From an uncultured Gemmatimonadales bacterium (GTDB lineage: Bacteria > Gemmatimonadota > Glassbacteria > GWA2-58-10): a DNA stretch of 55,523 nt. The DNA is taken from the NCBI GenBank assembly GCA_964386505.1, contig CAYLSM010000002.1:1-55523 (forward strand), given 5' to 3'. The stretch's first letter is position 1. Every line of letters starts with the position of its first letter. Below the pieces are notes generated by a model, which was not told the DNA's origin, did no database searches, and saw only the letters and a program-made list of their open reading frames with translations. The position numbers and the translations under genes were made by a program. Below, one piece after another: positions 1-9,079 of the stretch.

Positions 1-52
1 GCGAGTAGAAATAGCTTTTCAGCTCGCGCTTGTATACAGGCCAGAAACCCAT
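1..52 (-). CDS. ABC-2 type transporter permease, N-terminal fragment running off the window edge
   Basis: Reverse complement of 1-72 reads TGAGGAGGGCGAACGATAAA-ATG... encoding MGFWPVYKRELKSYFYS. SD-like GAGGAGGG lies upstream. The start is 17 nt downstream of the ATPase stop, and the N-terminus resembles ABC-2 permeases. Confidence 0.5.
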   Translation of the reverse strand, partial: MGFWPVYKRELKSYFYS

Positions 53-69
53 TTTATCGTTCGCCCTCC

Positions 70-1011
70 TCAAGCGTTCCGGGTGATTATCTGCATGAAT
101 ATTTCCTCGAGGCTCAGACGGTTGGGCCGCAGCTCCAGAAGGCCCGCGCCCGCGCCGGACACGGCCTCGGCCACGGCGCGGCGGATGTCGGCCTCGCGCT
201 CGGCCAGAACCATAAGCTCGGTCTCGCCCTGCGGGGCGGCCGGGCCGGTCAGGCGCACCGAGGCGACCCCTTTCAGCTCGGCCAGACGCTTTTCCAGCGC
301 GGGCGTGTAGCTTTCCACCCGCACGGTGACGCTGCCGCCGCGGCCGCTGCCTCCGGTGAGGTTCTCCAGCGAGTCCTCGGCCACGATCCGGCCCTCGTTG
401 ATTATTATCACCCGCTTGCAGACCGCGCTCACCTCGGGAAGGATGTGCGTACTCAGGATGATTGTGTGCTCGCCGGCCAGGGAGCTTATCAGCTCGCGGA
501 TCTCGATGATCTGGGCCGGGTCGAGGCCGGTGGTCGGCTCGTCCATCACCAGCACCTGCGGGTCGTTCACTATGGCCTGGGCCAGGCCCACCCGCTGACG
601 GTAGCCTTTGGAGAGCGCGCCGATCAGCCGGTTGTTCACCTTCTCAAGACCGCACTGGGCGGTGACTTTCTCCAGACGGGCGCGGCGCTCGCGCGCGGGG
701 ATTTTCTTGGCCTCGGCCACGAAACGCAGGTACTCGCGCACGGTCATGTCGTTGTAAAGCGAGACATTCTCGGGCAGGTAGCCCAGGGCGCGCTTGACCG
801 CCAGCGGCTCGCGGTCAACCGAGTGCCCGGCCACCACCGCCTGCCCGCTGGTCGCCGGGAGGAACCCGTTCAGGATGCGCATGGTCGTGGTCTTGCCGGC
901 CCCGTTGGGTCCCAGGAACCCGACAATCTCGCCCTTGCCCACGCTGAACGAGATGTCCCGCAGCACCTGGAACGCCCCGTAGAACTTGTTCACCGATTGC
1001 AGCTCGATCAT
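70..1011 (-). CDS. ABC transporter ATP-binding protein (ABC-2/GldA-like class)
   Basis: Walker A GPNGAGKTT, signature LSKGYRQR, Walker B VLVMDEPTTGLD, extra C-terminal domain. Confidence 0.95.
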   Translation of the reverse strand: MIELQSVNKFYGAFQVLRDISFSVGKGEIVGFLGPNGAGKTTTMRILNGFLPATSGQAVVAGHSVDREPLAVKRALGYLPENVSLYNDMTVREYLRFVAEAKKIPARERRARLEKVTAQCGLEKVNNRLIGALSKGYRQRVGLAQAIVNDPQVLVMDEPTTGLDPAQIIEIRELISSLAGEHTIILSTHILPEVSAVCKRVIIINEGRIVAEDSLENLTGGSGRGGSVTVRVESYTPALEKRLAELKGVASVRLTGPAAPQGETELMVLAEREADIRRAVAEAVSGAGAGLLELRPNRLSLEEIFMQIITRNA

Positions 1012-1224
1012 CTACTCACATCTCCTTCCCGGTGGCAGATAACCATTACTCCAACTTTTTAACCTCAAATCGGGTAATCTTTACATCAATCCTGTACATA
1101 GATACAAGCTCCATGCCAGGCAGGCTGAAAAATGAAGGCGCATTTTGCACAACGACTTACCTTCGCTGCCTTGGCCGGGCTTTCTCCGGGCCGCGCTCCA
1201 AATGGGGCAGCCCGCTCCCGCCGG

Positions 1225-1260
1225 AACAACAAACGGGCGGCCCGTAACAGGACCGCCCGC
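1225..1260 (-). terminator. Intrinsic terminator after csp
   Basis: GC stem (cgggcgg/ccgcccg) followed on the minus strand by TTTGTTGTT. Confidence 0.6.
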
Positions 1261-1313
1261 TTTCGTGCGATTTCATTTTTGCGCCGGCGCCGCTTCATTC
1301 CCGCCAGGCCTGA

Positions 1314-1520
1314 TCAGTCCTCCAGCGGTTTGACATTGGCTGCCTGCAGCCCCTTGGGGCCATCGACAACGTCAAACTGCACTTTCTGGTTCTCGTACAG
1401 GGATTTGAACCCCTCGTGCTGGATGGCGCTGAAGTGTACGAACACATCCTGACCGCCATCCTGCTCGATGAAACCGAAGCCCTTGGCGTCGTTGAACCAC
1501 TTGACTTTTCCCTGCGGCAT
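1314..1520 (-). CDS. cspA: Cold-shock protein (CspA family, 68 aa)
   Basis: [33 protein letters not shown] carries the RNP1/RNP2 motifs. Internal ATG at residue 59 of the 126-aa ORF was chosen. Confidence 0.95.
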   Translation of the reverse strand: MPQGKVKWFNDAKGFGFIEQDGGQDVFVHFSAIQHEGFKSLYENQKVQFDVVDGPKGLQAANVKPLED

Positions 1521-1605
1521 GACCGGTGCTCCTGCGAAAGCATTGACAGCTGGCCGTCCGTTCCGGACGGCTGGAAATGGACAAAGAGGGCTTACGCCCG
1601 AAAAA

Positions 1606-1633
1606 ATATTAATGCCCGTCATACACTTAGCAA
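1606..1633 (-). promoter_or_regulatory. Candidate sigma70 promoter of the csp gene
   Basis: Minus strand reads TTGCTA-N16-TAATAT, leaving a 5'UTR of about 75-80 nt. Confidence 0.4.
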
Positions 1634-1687
1634 GAGAAATCTGCGCCTTCCGCGGGCCGGACCCAAAAGCCTGCCACGGCGCGGGGA

Positions 1688-1716
1688 TTGACACGGGCGG
1701 CTGCTGAGTTATTTTA
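1688..1716 (+). promoter_or_regulatory. Candidate sigma70 promoter of the methyltransferase gene
   Basis: TTGACA-N16-TATTTT. Confidence 0.4.
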
Positions 1717-1765
1717 GGCTTTGCACATTCACACTCAAAACGAACCGCAAGCGGAGCGCCCCCCG

Positions 1766-2593
1766 ATGAATGCGAGCCTGCTTGATCTGTATCTGGATTT
1801 GCTGAAGAAGAGCCTTTCCTACTCGCTATGGCAGGAGCCGGGCGTGCCGGTTGATGCCTACGCCTCGCGCAAGCGCGCGCCCAAACGTCTGTTCCTGCGC
1901 GCCCTGAGCGGTGCTCTGGGCCGCCTGGGCTACCAGTTGGTCAAGCCTGTCCATTACAGCCCGGAGCAGCGTGAGACAGGGCAGATCTGGCCCATGCAGG
2001 CCGACACCATGATCGGCATGCGGCGGCTGGAGAACATTCGTCAGTGCGTGGAAACAGTCCTGGCCGACAACGTGCCCGGGGATCTGATCGAGACCGGGGT
2101 CTGGCGCGGCGGGGCCTCCATTTTCATGAAAGCAGTGCTGGAAGCACACGGCGCCACCGGGCGGCGCCTGTTCGTGGCCGACTCGTTCCAGGGACTGCCT
2201 CCGCCCGAGCTGGAGCGGTTCCCGCAGGACCGCGGCGACAAGCTGCACAAGTTCGATTTCCTGGCGGTGTCGCAGGAACAGGTGGAGGAGAATTTCCGCA
2301 AGTACGGTCTGCTGGATGAGAGCGTGGTGTTCCTCAAGGGCTGGTTCAAGGACACCCTGCCCGCGGCTCCCATCGAGCGGCTGGCCCTGATCCGTCTGGA
2401 CGGAGACATGTACAGCTCGACCATGGACGCCCTGGGGGCGCTCTACCCCAAGCTCAGCCCGGGCGGGTTCTGCATCATCGATGACTACAACCTTAAAACC
2501 TGCCGCGAGGCCACGGTGGATTACCGCCGCAGTAACGGGATCACCAGCCCCATCCAGGCCATCGACGGCCAGGGCGTATTCTGGCGCAAGTGA
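1766..2593 (+). CDS. TylF/MycF-family (macrocin O-methyltransferase-like) SAM-dependent methyltransferase
   Basis: [12 protein letters not shown] and [10 protein letters not shown] motifs. ATG at 1766 is preferred over TTG at 1721 because a TTGACA-N16-TATTTT promoter sits at 1688-1715. Confidence 0.85.
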   Translation: MNASLLDLYLDLLKKSLSYSLWQEPGVPVDAYASRKRAPKRLFLRALSGALGRLGYQLVKPVHYSPEQRETGQIWPMQADTMIGMRRLENIRQCVETVLADNVPGDLIETGVWRGGASIFMKAVLEAHGATGRRLFVADSFQGLPPPELERFPQDRGDKLHKFDFLAVSQEQVEENFRKYGLLDESVVFLKGWFKDTLPAAPIERLALIRLDGDMYSSTMDALGALYPKLSPGGFCIIDDYNLKTCREATVDYRRSNGITSPIQAIDGQGVFWRK

Positions 2594-2622
2594 TTCACAC
2601 CGGGGAATATGATCTTTCGTAA

Positions 2623-2649
2623 GGGCGAACCTTGTGTTCGCCCTTTTTT
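2623..2649 (+). terminator. Intrinsic terminator after the methyltransferase gene
   Basis: gggcgaac-cttgt-gttcgccc followed by TTTTTT. Confidence 0.75.
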
Positions 2650-2784
2650 GCTTTAATCCCTCTGAAAAGGGAGATGTCCCGATGGAATCGGGAGGGGGGG
2701 TGCAACAAGGGGCGGCCGGCCAGCCGCCCCTGCACTGAATGCCAATCTGTTCAGGATATTATCTTGCCGGTCCGCTATCCCGGC

Positions 2785-4704
2785 TCAGAAATAGTACCAG
2801 ATCGAGTGGTAGTCGTTCACGTTCTCGCCCTCGGCCGCCAGGCGCGCCAGGTAGTCGTGGATCGAGACATCCGTGTAGATATAGGGCCTGGTCAGGGCAA
2901 GCATCGACTCCCAGGGATAGAAACGGTACACCCGGCGTCCATCCGGCAGCAGCATCACGATCTCGTGGTCCTGCCACGACTGCAGGTAGCTCTTGCCCAG
3001 GGTGGGCACGTTGAACACCGGGGTATCCGTGCGGGCCAGGCCCGGCAGCAGGCGCGCCTCCTCGGTCCACTCCTGCAGCAGACGAGCGATGGGCACCCGG
3101 AAATCCGCGGTCTCGTCCTTGCCCTTGGTGTTGAAACAGTAGTAGGGGTCCACTCCGCTGCGCTTGAGCACCCGCCGCAGGTGCGCGGTCTGGAAGCGCC
3201 GGCTGTTGTAGAAAGTGAACACCTCCTGGTTGTAGACATTGAGCCCGGCCGAACGCAGGCGGCCCACCGCCTCCAGGGCGGACGGAGTCATCTCCAGCGG
3301 GCTTTCGAAATGGGTCACCACGCATACCTCGCGTCGCCCCAGATCGTGGTAGCGGCTCAGGATCTCCACCAGCTCGGGGGTGATCCGCATCGGCAGGGTC
3401 ACCGGGGTGCGGGTGCTGATCCGGATGCGCTCCAGGTGGCCGATTGCGGCCAGGCGCTCCAGTATCCAGGACAGGTACTCGTCCCCCAGGGTGAGCGGGT
3501 CGCCACCGGTGACCAGCACCTCCTGGATGTTTTCGTTGCCCGCCACCCAGTCGATGGCTTTCTCCAGTTGTCCGCGGCTCTCACCGCTGTGTTCCAGGCC
3601 GGTCACCTCCCAGTTGCGCTGGCAGTAGACACAGAGCTGCGGGCAACTGTTGAACGCCTTGAGGATCAGCACGTGCACGTAGCGCCGTGTGATCCCGTCC
3701 TGCGGGCTGGTGGCGGCCTCGCCCATGAAATCGAGGTCCTCGCCGCTTTCGGCCGCCCGCCGCATGCCCTCCACATAGTGCAGCCCGGGCAGGACTTGTG
3801 CCCGCAGGGCGGCATCCGTGGCCCCGGGGCCGGGTTTCTGGAACAGGCTCAGGTAATAGGGTGTGACCTGGAAGGCGATGCCCTGCTTTTCGGCCAGGGC
3901 CAGGGCTCGGTGCTCACTGGCGGTCAGTTCGACCAGGCGCTCCAGGTCGGACAGGCGGCACACGATATGGCGCATCTGCCAGCAGCAGTCGTTCCATTCC
4001 TTCGGGCCACCCCCCAGGGCGTCGGCGATCCGCTGCGCCGACTGCTCGTTCAGTGTTTTGACTCGCGGATCGAGGCCGCTTTCGTAGCGCGCCATGGCCT
4101 CGCGCACTCGACCGCCGTAGCCATCCAGAAAGTGCGAGCGCGCCAGGCCGGGACGTTCCTCGGCGGTCAGTTCAAGCGGCGACGGTTTCTCCTGACGGTA
4201 GAACCCGAAACGTCCGTTGATCCCCAGGAACAGGAACAGCATTTCGCAGATGAACCCCCGGCTGACCGGCTCGCCCCGCGAGGGAGTGCGCGCGGCCAGC
4301 TTGATGAGGCTCCCCAGGGCGCTGGCCCCGCTCAGCTTCTCGTTCTCAGTGCGGATGATGTTCTTGAACACCCGGATGCACCACTTGGCGTGCTTTTTCC
4401 GCACGTCGTGCAGGTCCTTGAACTTCTTGTCAGAGTAAATGTTGAAATAGTGCCGTTCGAGGTCGTTCAGGTACTCGAACAGGCCGTTGCGGGCTTCGCT
4501 GATCGAGGCGCTGCTGAGCAGAAGATGCTGTATCCGGCGGTCCGTCTGCCAGAGAAGGTCGAGCAGGGCGGGCCGCTCGAGCTTGAGGATCCGTTCGAGG
4601 GATAAGGCGACTGCCGGGGGCGACATGGCCCTTTCGCCTCCCAGTCCGCCGGCATGCGGCGGCGCGTGGATTCCGGAGACTTCCTGATCGTAGCTGATAC
4701 TCAT
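2785..4704 (-). CDS. KamA-family radical SAM aminomutase-like protein, long form (639 aa)
   Basis: CPQLCVYC (CxxxCxxC) at residues 354-361, VTGGDPL, and KamA-like core from about residue 235. Alternative start ATG at 4626. Confidence 0.85.
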   Translation of the reverse strand: MSISYDQEVSGIHAPPHAGGLGGERAMSPPAVALSLERILKLERPALLDLLWQTDRRIQHLLLSSASISEARNGLFEYLNDLERHYFNIYSDKKFKDLHDVRKKHAKWCIRVFKNIIRTENEKLSGASALGSLIKLAARTPSRGEPVSRGFICEMLFLFLGINGRFGFYRQEKPSPLELTAEERPGLARSHFLDGYGGRVREAMARYESGLDPRVKTLNEQSAQRIADALGGGPKEWNDCCWQMRHIVCRLSDLERLVELTASEHRALALAEKQGIAFQVTPYYLSLFQKPGPGATDAALRAQVLPGLHYVEGMRRAAESGEDLDFMGEAATSPQDGITRRYVHVLILKAFNSCPQLCVYCQRNWEVTGLEHSGESRGQLEKAIDWVAGNENIQEVLVTGGDPLTLGDEYLSWILERLAAIGHLERIRISTRTPVTLPMRITPELVEILSRYHDLGRREVCVVTHFESPLEMTPSALEAVGRLRSAGLNVYNQEVFTFYNSRRFQTAHLRRVLKRSGVDPYYCFNTKGKDETADFRVPIARLLQEWTEEARLLPGLARTDTPVFNVPTLGKSYLQSWQDHEIVMLLPDGRRVYRFYPWESMLALTRPYIYTDVSIHDYLARLAAEGENVNDYHSIWYYF

Positions 4705-4997
4705 ATCGATACCCTCGCGTTGAATTCAAAGGGGATTTTCCGCCCAGGACTCCGGGGTCTGCGCACCGGGAGATCGGGGGGCTGCATGCACTCTCATCGG
4801 ATGACTGGGCCGGAACTGCGGTCGGTGCACGGCATCGGAACTGGATATTCGGGCGGTGCTTGTCCGTTCGTTTCTCTCTCTACTTGACAATAAAAGCCGT
4901 CCTGCCGCTTTTGTCAAGTTGCTTTTGCAAGAATATTCCTGCGAACGGGTTAGAAAGAATGCGGCAGCGCGTGCAGCGGAGGCGGAGATTTATCCGG

Positions 4998-5026
4998 TTG
5001 ACAGGTCGGCCCAGGAGTCGATAAAT
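4998..5026 (+). promoter_or_regulatory. Candidate sigma70 promoter of dacB
   Basis: TTGACAGG...N17...ATAAAT. Confidence 0.4.
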
Positions 5027-5107
5027 TTCAAAGCTGTTTAGGAGACGGTAAACAGAGCCTGGTCCGAGCGGTGAGAAAAGAGACGAGAAAAACGGGAGGC
5101 GGGTATT

Positions 5108-6685
5108 GTGACGCGGTCTGGAAAGCATCTTGAGAGAAATCCCGCGCCGGTGCTGCAGAGGCATGCGGCGGCGGCGCTGTTCTGCATCCTGGCGATCATG
5201 CTTTATCCCTTTGCGCTCCGGGCGGCCTCATCCGACAGCCTGGAACTGAACCGCAAGATCGACAAAATCCTGGCCCGCTACGGCCAGCTCCCCGAAAACT
5301 GGGGCATCGTGTTCCGCTCGCTGGACAAGGGCGACTATCTTGTCAGCCGCAACGACCAGCACGGCTACATGCCCGCCTCCAACCTCAAGCTGCTGGTGAC
5401 CGCGGTAGCCCTGGACGCCCTGGGACCCGATTTCCGCTACCGCACCACCGTGCTGGCCGATGGCTCGGTCTCGCCGGGCGACAGTACCCTGCAGGGCGAC
5501 CTGGTTCTGCGCGGCAGTGGCGACCCCACCATCAGCGACCGTTTCTTCCGCAGCACCACCGCGGTCTGGGACGAGCTGGCCGAGCAGGTGCACGCCGCCG
5601 GCATCCGTCACGTGAGCGGCGCTCTGGTGGCCGACAACTCGCTGTTCCAGCCGCCGTTCCTGGCGGACGGCTGGTCGTGGGAGGACCTCACCTGGTGGTA
5701 CGCCGCCCCGGTGAGCGCGCTTTCCTACAACGACAACGTGATCGACCTGAACGCCTATCCGGCCCAGGTGGGTGAGCCGCCCACGCTCCGTATCGCCCCC
5801 TCCAGCTCGGTGATGAACGTGATCAACCGCGCGACCACGGTGGCCGACCGCAGCGGCGACCACCTGGTTATCTCGCGCGAGACCCCCGGCACCGCCGTGG
5901 TCCTGACCGGAGGCATCTACAAGGGAAGCCTCGGTTACATGGAGCACGTGGCCGTGGACTCGCCCGGCCTGTTCGCCGCCTCGGCGTTCCTGGACGCTCT
6001 GGCGCGCAAGGGGGTGCGGGTGGACGGGCCGGTGCGGCTGGTCACCGACACCGAGGAGAGCGACAGAATCATGGGACGCGCGCCCTCCATCGTGGCCCAG
6101 CACGAGTCCGTGCCCCTGACCGAGATCGTGCGTGTGATCCTCAAGCGCAGCCACAATTTCTACGCCGAGCAGTTGCTGTTCACCCTGGGAGCGCGCCAGG
6201 GGCGCGGTGGTGGGTTCAGGCAGGGGATCGAGGTTGAGCAGAGGCTCTTGCGCAAGCTGGGTGTGAACATGTCGAAAATACGTCTGGAGGACGGCTCGGG
6301 CCTCAGCCGCCTGAACCTGGTCACCCCGGACATGTTCATCCGGCTGCTCACGTTCATGCACGACCACCCGGCGGCCGAGGATTATATCGCCAGCCTGCCG
6401 ATCAGCGGGGTGGACAACGGTGTGCGTATCATGCACAGCACCCCGGCCGATGGAAAAATACACGCCAAGACCGGCTACATCGCCTCGGTCATGTCCCTGT
6501 CGGGCTATGCCCGCACCCTGGATGGGGAGCCGCTGGTGTTCTCGGTGCTTGGCAACAACTGGCTGATCTCGAAGGTGGCGGCGCGGATGGTGATCCGGGA
6601 CATCTGCGTGGAGGTGTCGCAGTACCGGCGCGGCTGGAAACCCGGCCCTGAGGGGATGAAACAGCCGCCTCGTCACGCCGAGTAG
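5108..6685 (+). CDS. dacB: D-alanyl-D-alanine carboxypeptidase/endopeptidase, PBP4 (peptidase S13)
   Basis: Signal peptide, SxxK (ASNLK), SGL/SRLN and KTGY motifs. GTG start with GGGAGG 8 nt upstream. Confidence 0.9.
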   Translation: MTRSGKHLERNPAPVLQRHAAAALFCILAIMLYPFALRAASSDSLELNRKIDKILARYGQLPENWGIVFRSLDKGDYLVSRNDQHGYMPASNLKLLVTAVALDALGPDFRYRTTVLADGSVSPGDSTLQGDLVLRGSGDPTISDRFFRSTTAVWDELAEQVHAAGIRHVSGALVADNSLFQPPFLADGWSWEDLTWWYAAPVSALSYNDNVIDLNAYPAQVGEPPTLRIAPSSSVMNVINRATTVADRSGDHLVISRETPGTAVVLTGGIYKGSLGYMEHVAVDSPGLFAASAFLDALARKGVRVDGPVRLVTDTEESDRIMGRAPSIVAQHESVPLTEIVRVILKRSHNFYAEQLLFTLGARQGRGGGFRQGIEVEQRLLRKLGVNMSKIRLEDGSGLSRLNLVTPDMFIRLLTFMHDHPAAEDYIASLPISGVDNGVRIMHSTPADGKIHAKTGYIASVMSLSGYARTLDGEPLVFSVLGNNWLISKVAARMVIRDICVEVSQYRRGWKPGPEGMKQPPRHAE

Positions 6686-6707
6686 GCACTTTGCAGAAAG
6701 AGGCGGC

Positions 6708-6992
6708 TCAGGCCAGCAGGTCGACGTTGGAGCCGCGGCCGTCGCCGGAGGGGCCGCGGTCTTTACGGCGGCGCTGACGGCGATGCTCCTGACGACCCTC
6801 GTTCGGGTGGATTTTCGTCTTTTCGCCCGGTGAGGTTTCCTTGGTGCGGCGGCGTTCCGCGGCGGCCCGCTGCAGTTCGTTCTGCTCGGACTGAAGGCGG
6901 CTCAGCTCCGGGTGCGACTGCAATTGCTGGTTCTCTTTTTCCACGTGGCTGAACTGCTGCATCACCGTGGCGTGGTCTATCGGACGGACCAT
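6708..6992 (-). CDS. Hypothetical small, highly charged protein (94 aa)
   Basis: Internal ATG preceded by GAGAGGGGGG, 17 nt after the upstream gene stop. Gln/Glu-rich helix followed by an Arg/Lys-rich tail. No family recognised. Confidence 0.5.
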   Translation of the reverse strand: MVRPIDHATVMQQFSHVEKENQQLQSHPELSRLQSEQNELQRAAAERRRTKETSPGEKTKIHPNEGRQEHRRQRRRKDRGPSGDGRGSNVDLLA

Positions 6993-7009
6993 TCCGGAAG
7001 TCCCCCCTC

Positions 7010-7510
7010 TCAGCGGAAAAGTTTCCCGAACCTTACCAGCGGCTCCTCCGGGAAATCGTGGAGCCACTGCCCGGCGGTCTCGTCGATGATCGCGGCCAGG
7101 GTCGGGTCCAGTCGGTCGAGGCTTTCATCCGCGGCGCCCTGTCCGGGCACGAGACGGTCTCCTACCATGTGCAAACGCCCGTCGCGCAGCATTATCCGCA
7201 GCAGGCGTGTCAGGCGTGGACTGTAGAGAAGGCCGTCCACCACCCGGAAGCCGAAATCCGGGAACGCCACCTCGTGACGGTGGCAGATACGCTCCAGGAT
7301 CCAGATAAAATAGTAAATCTCGGAGACGGACAGGCTCGACCCGTTCACCTCGGCCAGTCGCAGAACACTGGCGCGCAGGACCTGGCCCATCCAGCGGCGT
7401 TTCTCGCCGTAACGTTTTTTCGCTTTGATGCCCTGCCTGACCAGCAGTCCGCTCCCGATACCGACCGAGGTCCCGGCCAGGATCGACAGTATCCATTTCC
7501 CAGCTTTCAT
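7010..7510 (-). CDS. Hypothetical membrane-anchored protein (166 aa)
   Basis: N-terminal TM helix WILSILAGTSVGIGSGLLV, GC3-rich coding frame, no family recognised. Confidence 0.6.
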   Translation of the reverse strand: MKAGKWILSILAGTSVGIGSGLLVRQGIKAKKRYGEKRRWMGQVLRASVLRLAEVNGSSLSVSEIYYFIWILERICHRHEVAFPDFGFRVVDGLLYSPRLTRLLRIMLRDGRLHMVGDRLVPGQGAADESLDRLDPTLAAIIDETAGQWLHDFPEEPLVRFGKLFR

Positions 7511-7633
7511 CCCTTTTCTTCCCCCATTCTTTCTTTTTCGGTTCCCGGCGCTTTCGACCTTAATTATACCAGGATCGGCCCCGGAAGTAAACCGCGGCTG
7601 GTTGCGAGGCGGGCGCTGGATACTCGATAACTC

Positions 7634-7661
7634 TTGCCGCGCCGTGTTTTCTGATTATATT
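7634..7661 (+). promoter_or_regulatory. Candidate sigma70 promoter of the wza-like operon
   Basis: TTGCCG-N16-TATATT in an AT-rich patch. Confidence 0.3.
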
Positions 7662-7784
7662 CCAAAACCGGACTTGTCCCGGCCAGGCCGGGAAACGTGC
7701 CGACGGGCCGTGGTTGCAGGCCCTGCCGTCCGCGCGGCCTGTCAGCCCGGGGGCACCCCTTGTATCCAGAATACGGAGAACCAG

Positions 7785-9062
7785 ATGCAGCCGCGTATCC
7801 TCTCGCCGGGCCTCCTTCTTCTCTGCGCCGTCCTCTGTCTGGCCGGTCCGCTGAGGCTATGCGCCCAGCGTTCCCTCTCCGATCTCATGGACAAGAACGC
7901 CTCCGAACAGTCGATGGAACAGCGGCAGAAAATGCTGCAGAGCCGGACCAACGTTCAGCCGGGCGAGCGTGTCCCGCTGGACGGTGTCGTGGACCGCGCC
8001 GAATACTGCCTGGGGCCGGGGGATGAGACCGAGGTCTCTATCTGGGCCGGTGATGATTACTACACCTACCCGCTGGTGGTCTCGGCCGAGGGACGTCTTC
8101 TGGTGCCCACGGTGGGGCCGGTCGAGGTGGGCGGACAGAGCCTGGAGAACGCGGAGAAACTGCTGAGCGTCCAGTGCGCCCGTTTCTTCACCAACGCCAG
8201 GGTGCAGCTTTCGCTGACCAACCCGCGCCTGTTCCGGGCCTACGTGGTCGGTGCGGTCAACAAGCCCGGCACCTACTACCACAGCGCGTTCGACCGGGTG
8301 AGCGACCTGGTGCGCGCCGCCGAGGGAATCAAGGCCGGCGGCTCGCGGCGCAGGCTGCACCTTTTAGACCGCCACCACAAGCCCCTGACCAGCGCCGACC
8401 TTCTGGCTTTCGTGGCCACCGGCAACCCGGCTTTCAACCCGCGGCTGGTGGACGGCTGCATCCTGGAGGTGCCGCAGGTGGAGGGCTACGTGCTGCTGCG
8501 CGGACGGTTCATCAACTTGGTGGGCGCCGATTCGATCAAGATCAACGACATCTCCAAGGACGAGCTGAGCGAGCACCGGGTGGAGATTAACCCCGGTGAG
8601 ACCCTGGGCGACCTTCTGGCCCTGGTCGGCCAGCCGGATGTGGAGGGGGTGGGCGGCCGGGTGCGGGTGCGTATCCTCTCCGCAAGCGGAGCCGAGAAGC
8701 AGGCCGAGCTGGACGAGGCCATGCTGAAGACGCCACTGGAGACCGGTTCGACCATCGAGTTCCCGACCCAGCAGTATTTCGTCTACGTGACCGGTAATGT
8801 CACCCGCTCCGGGCGCTACCTGTACCAGAGCGGTTTCACCGCCCTGGATTACCTGGGGCAGGCCGGCGGCCCCAGCATGTACGGCAGCACGAGCAAGTTC
8901 AAGGTGCGGCGCAGTGACGGCCGCATGGTTGAGGTGGCCGCCACCGACCGTCTGTATCCCGGCGACATGCTGTACATCCCGGAAAAAGTACGCTGGCTCG
9001 ACCGCACGCTCGCCCCGCTAATTTCGCTGGTGGGTGTGCTGATCGCGGTCGCCGCAAGATAA
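7785..9062 (+). CDS. Polysaccharide export protein (Wza-like: Poly_export plus SLBB domains)
   Basis: Signal peptide MQPRILSPGLLLLCAVLCLAG, CLGPGDE..VPTVGPVEVGG motif, C-terminal TM helix. Internal ATG at 7785 has GGAG upstream and avoids overlap with 7010-7510. Confidence 0.85.
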   Translation: MQPRILSPGLLLLCAVLCLAGPLRLCAQRSLSDLMDKNASEQSMEQRQKMLQSRTNVQPGERVPLDGVVDRAEYCLGPGDETEVSIWAGDDYYTYPLVVSAEGRLLVPTVGPVEVGGQSLENAEKLLSVQCARFFTNARVQLSLTNPRLFRAYVVGAVNKPGTYYHSAFDRVSDLVRAAEGIKAGGSRRRLHLLDRHHKPLTSADLLAFVATGNPAFNPRLVDGCILEVPQVEGYVLLRGRFINLVGADSIKINDISKDELSEHRVEINPGETLGDLLALVGQPDVEGVGGRVRVRILSASGAEKQAELDEAMLKTPLETGSTIEFPTQQYFVYVTGNVTRSGRYLYQSGFTALDYLGQAGGPSMYGSTSKFKVRRSDGRMVEVAATDRLYPGDMLYIPEKVRWLDRTLAPLISLVGVLIAVAAR

Positions 9063-9079
9063 CCACCGCGGGGGGAGCT

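Noticed and set aside
2632-4605. 657-aa plus-strand ORF
   Set aside because: It is antisense to the KamA-like gene and its Arg/Gly/Ala/His/Val-rich composition shows no motifs, as expected from GC3 bias. The same reasoning rejects 5228-6676(-), 8849-10045(-), 10562-11566(+), 11747-13411(+), 13443-15545(-), 17236-18540(-), 19198-20031(-), 19959-20708(-), 21335-22243(-), 26325-27758(-), 27772-29085(+), 30597-31445(-), 35347-36177(+), 36729-37487(+), 39538-40374(-), 40470-41342(-), 42559-43344(-), 43554-44438(-), 44703-46772(-), 47283-48665(-), 49044-49901(-), 50119-51483(+) and 53054-54721(-).
7425-7784. N-terminal 120 codons of the 545-aa wza-like ORF
   Set aside because: The segment overlaps the opposite-strand gene 7010-7510 and the intergenic promoter region. 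The signal peptide and SD appear only at ATG 7785.
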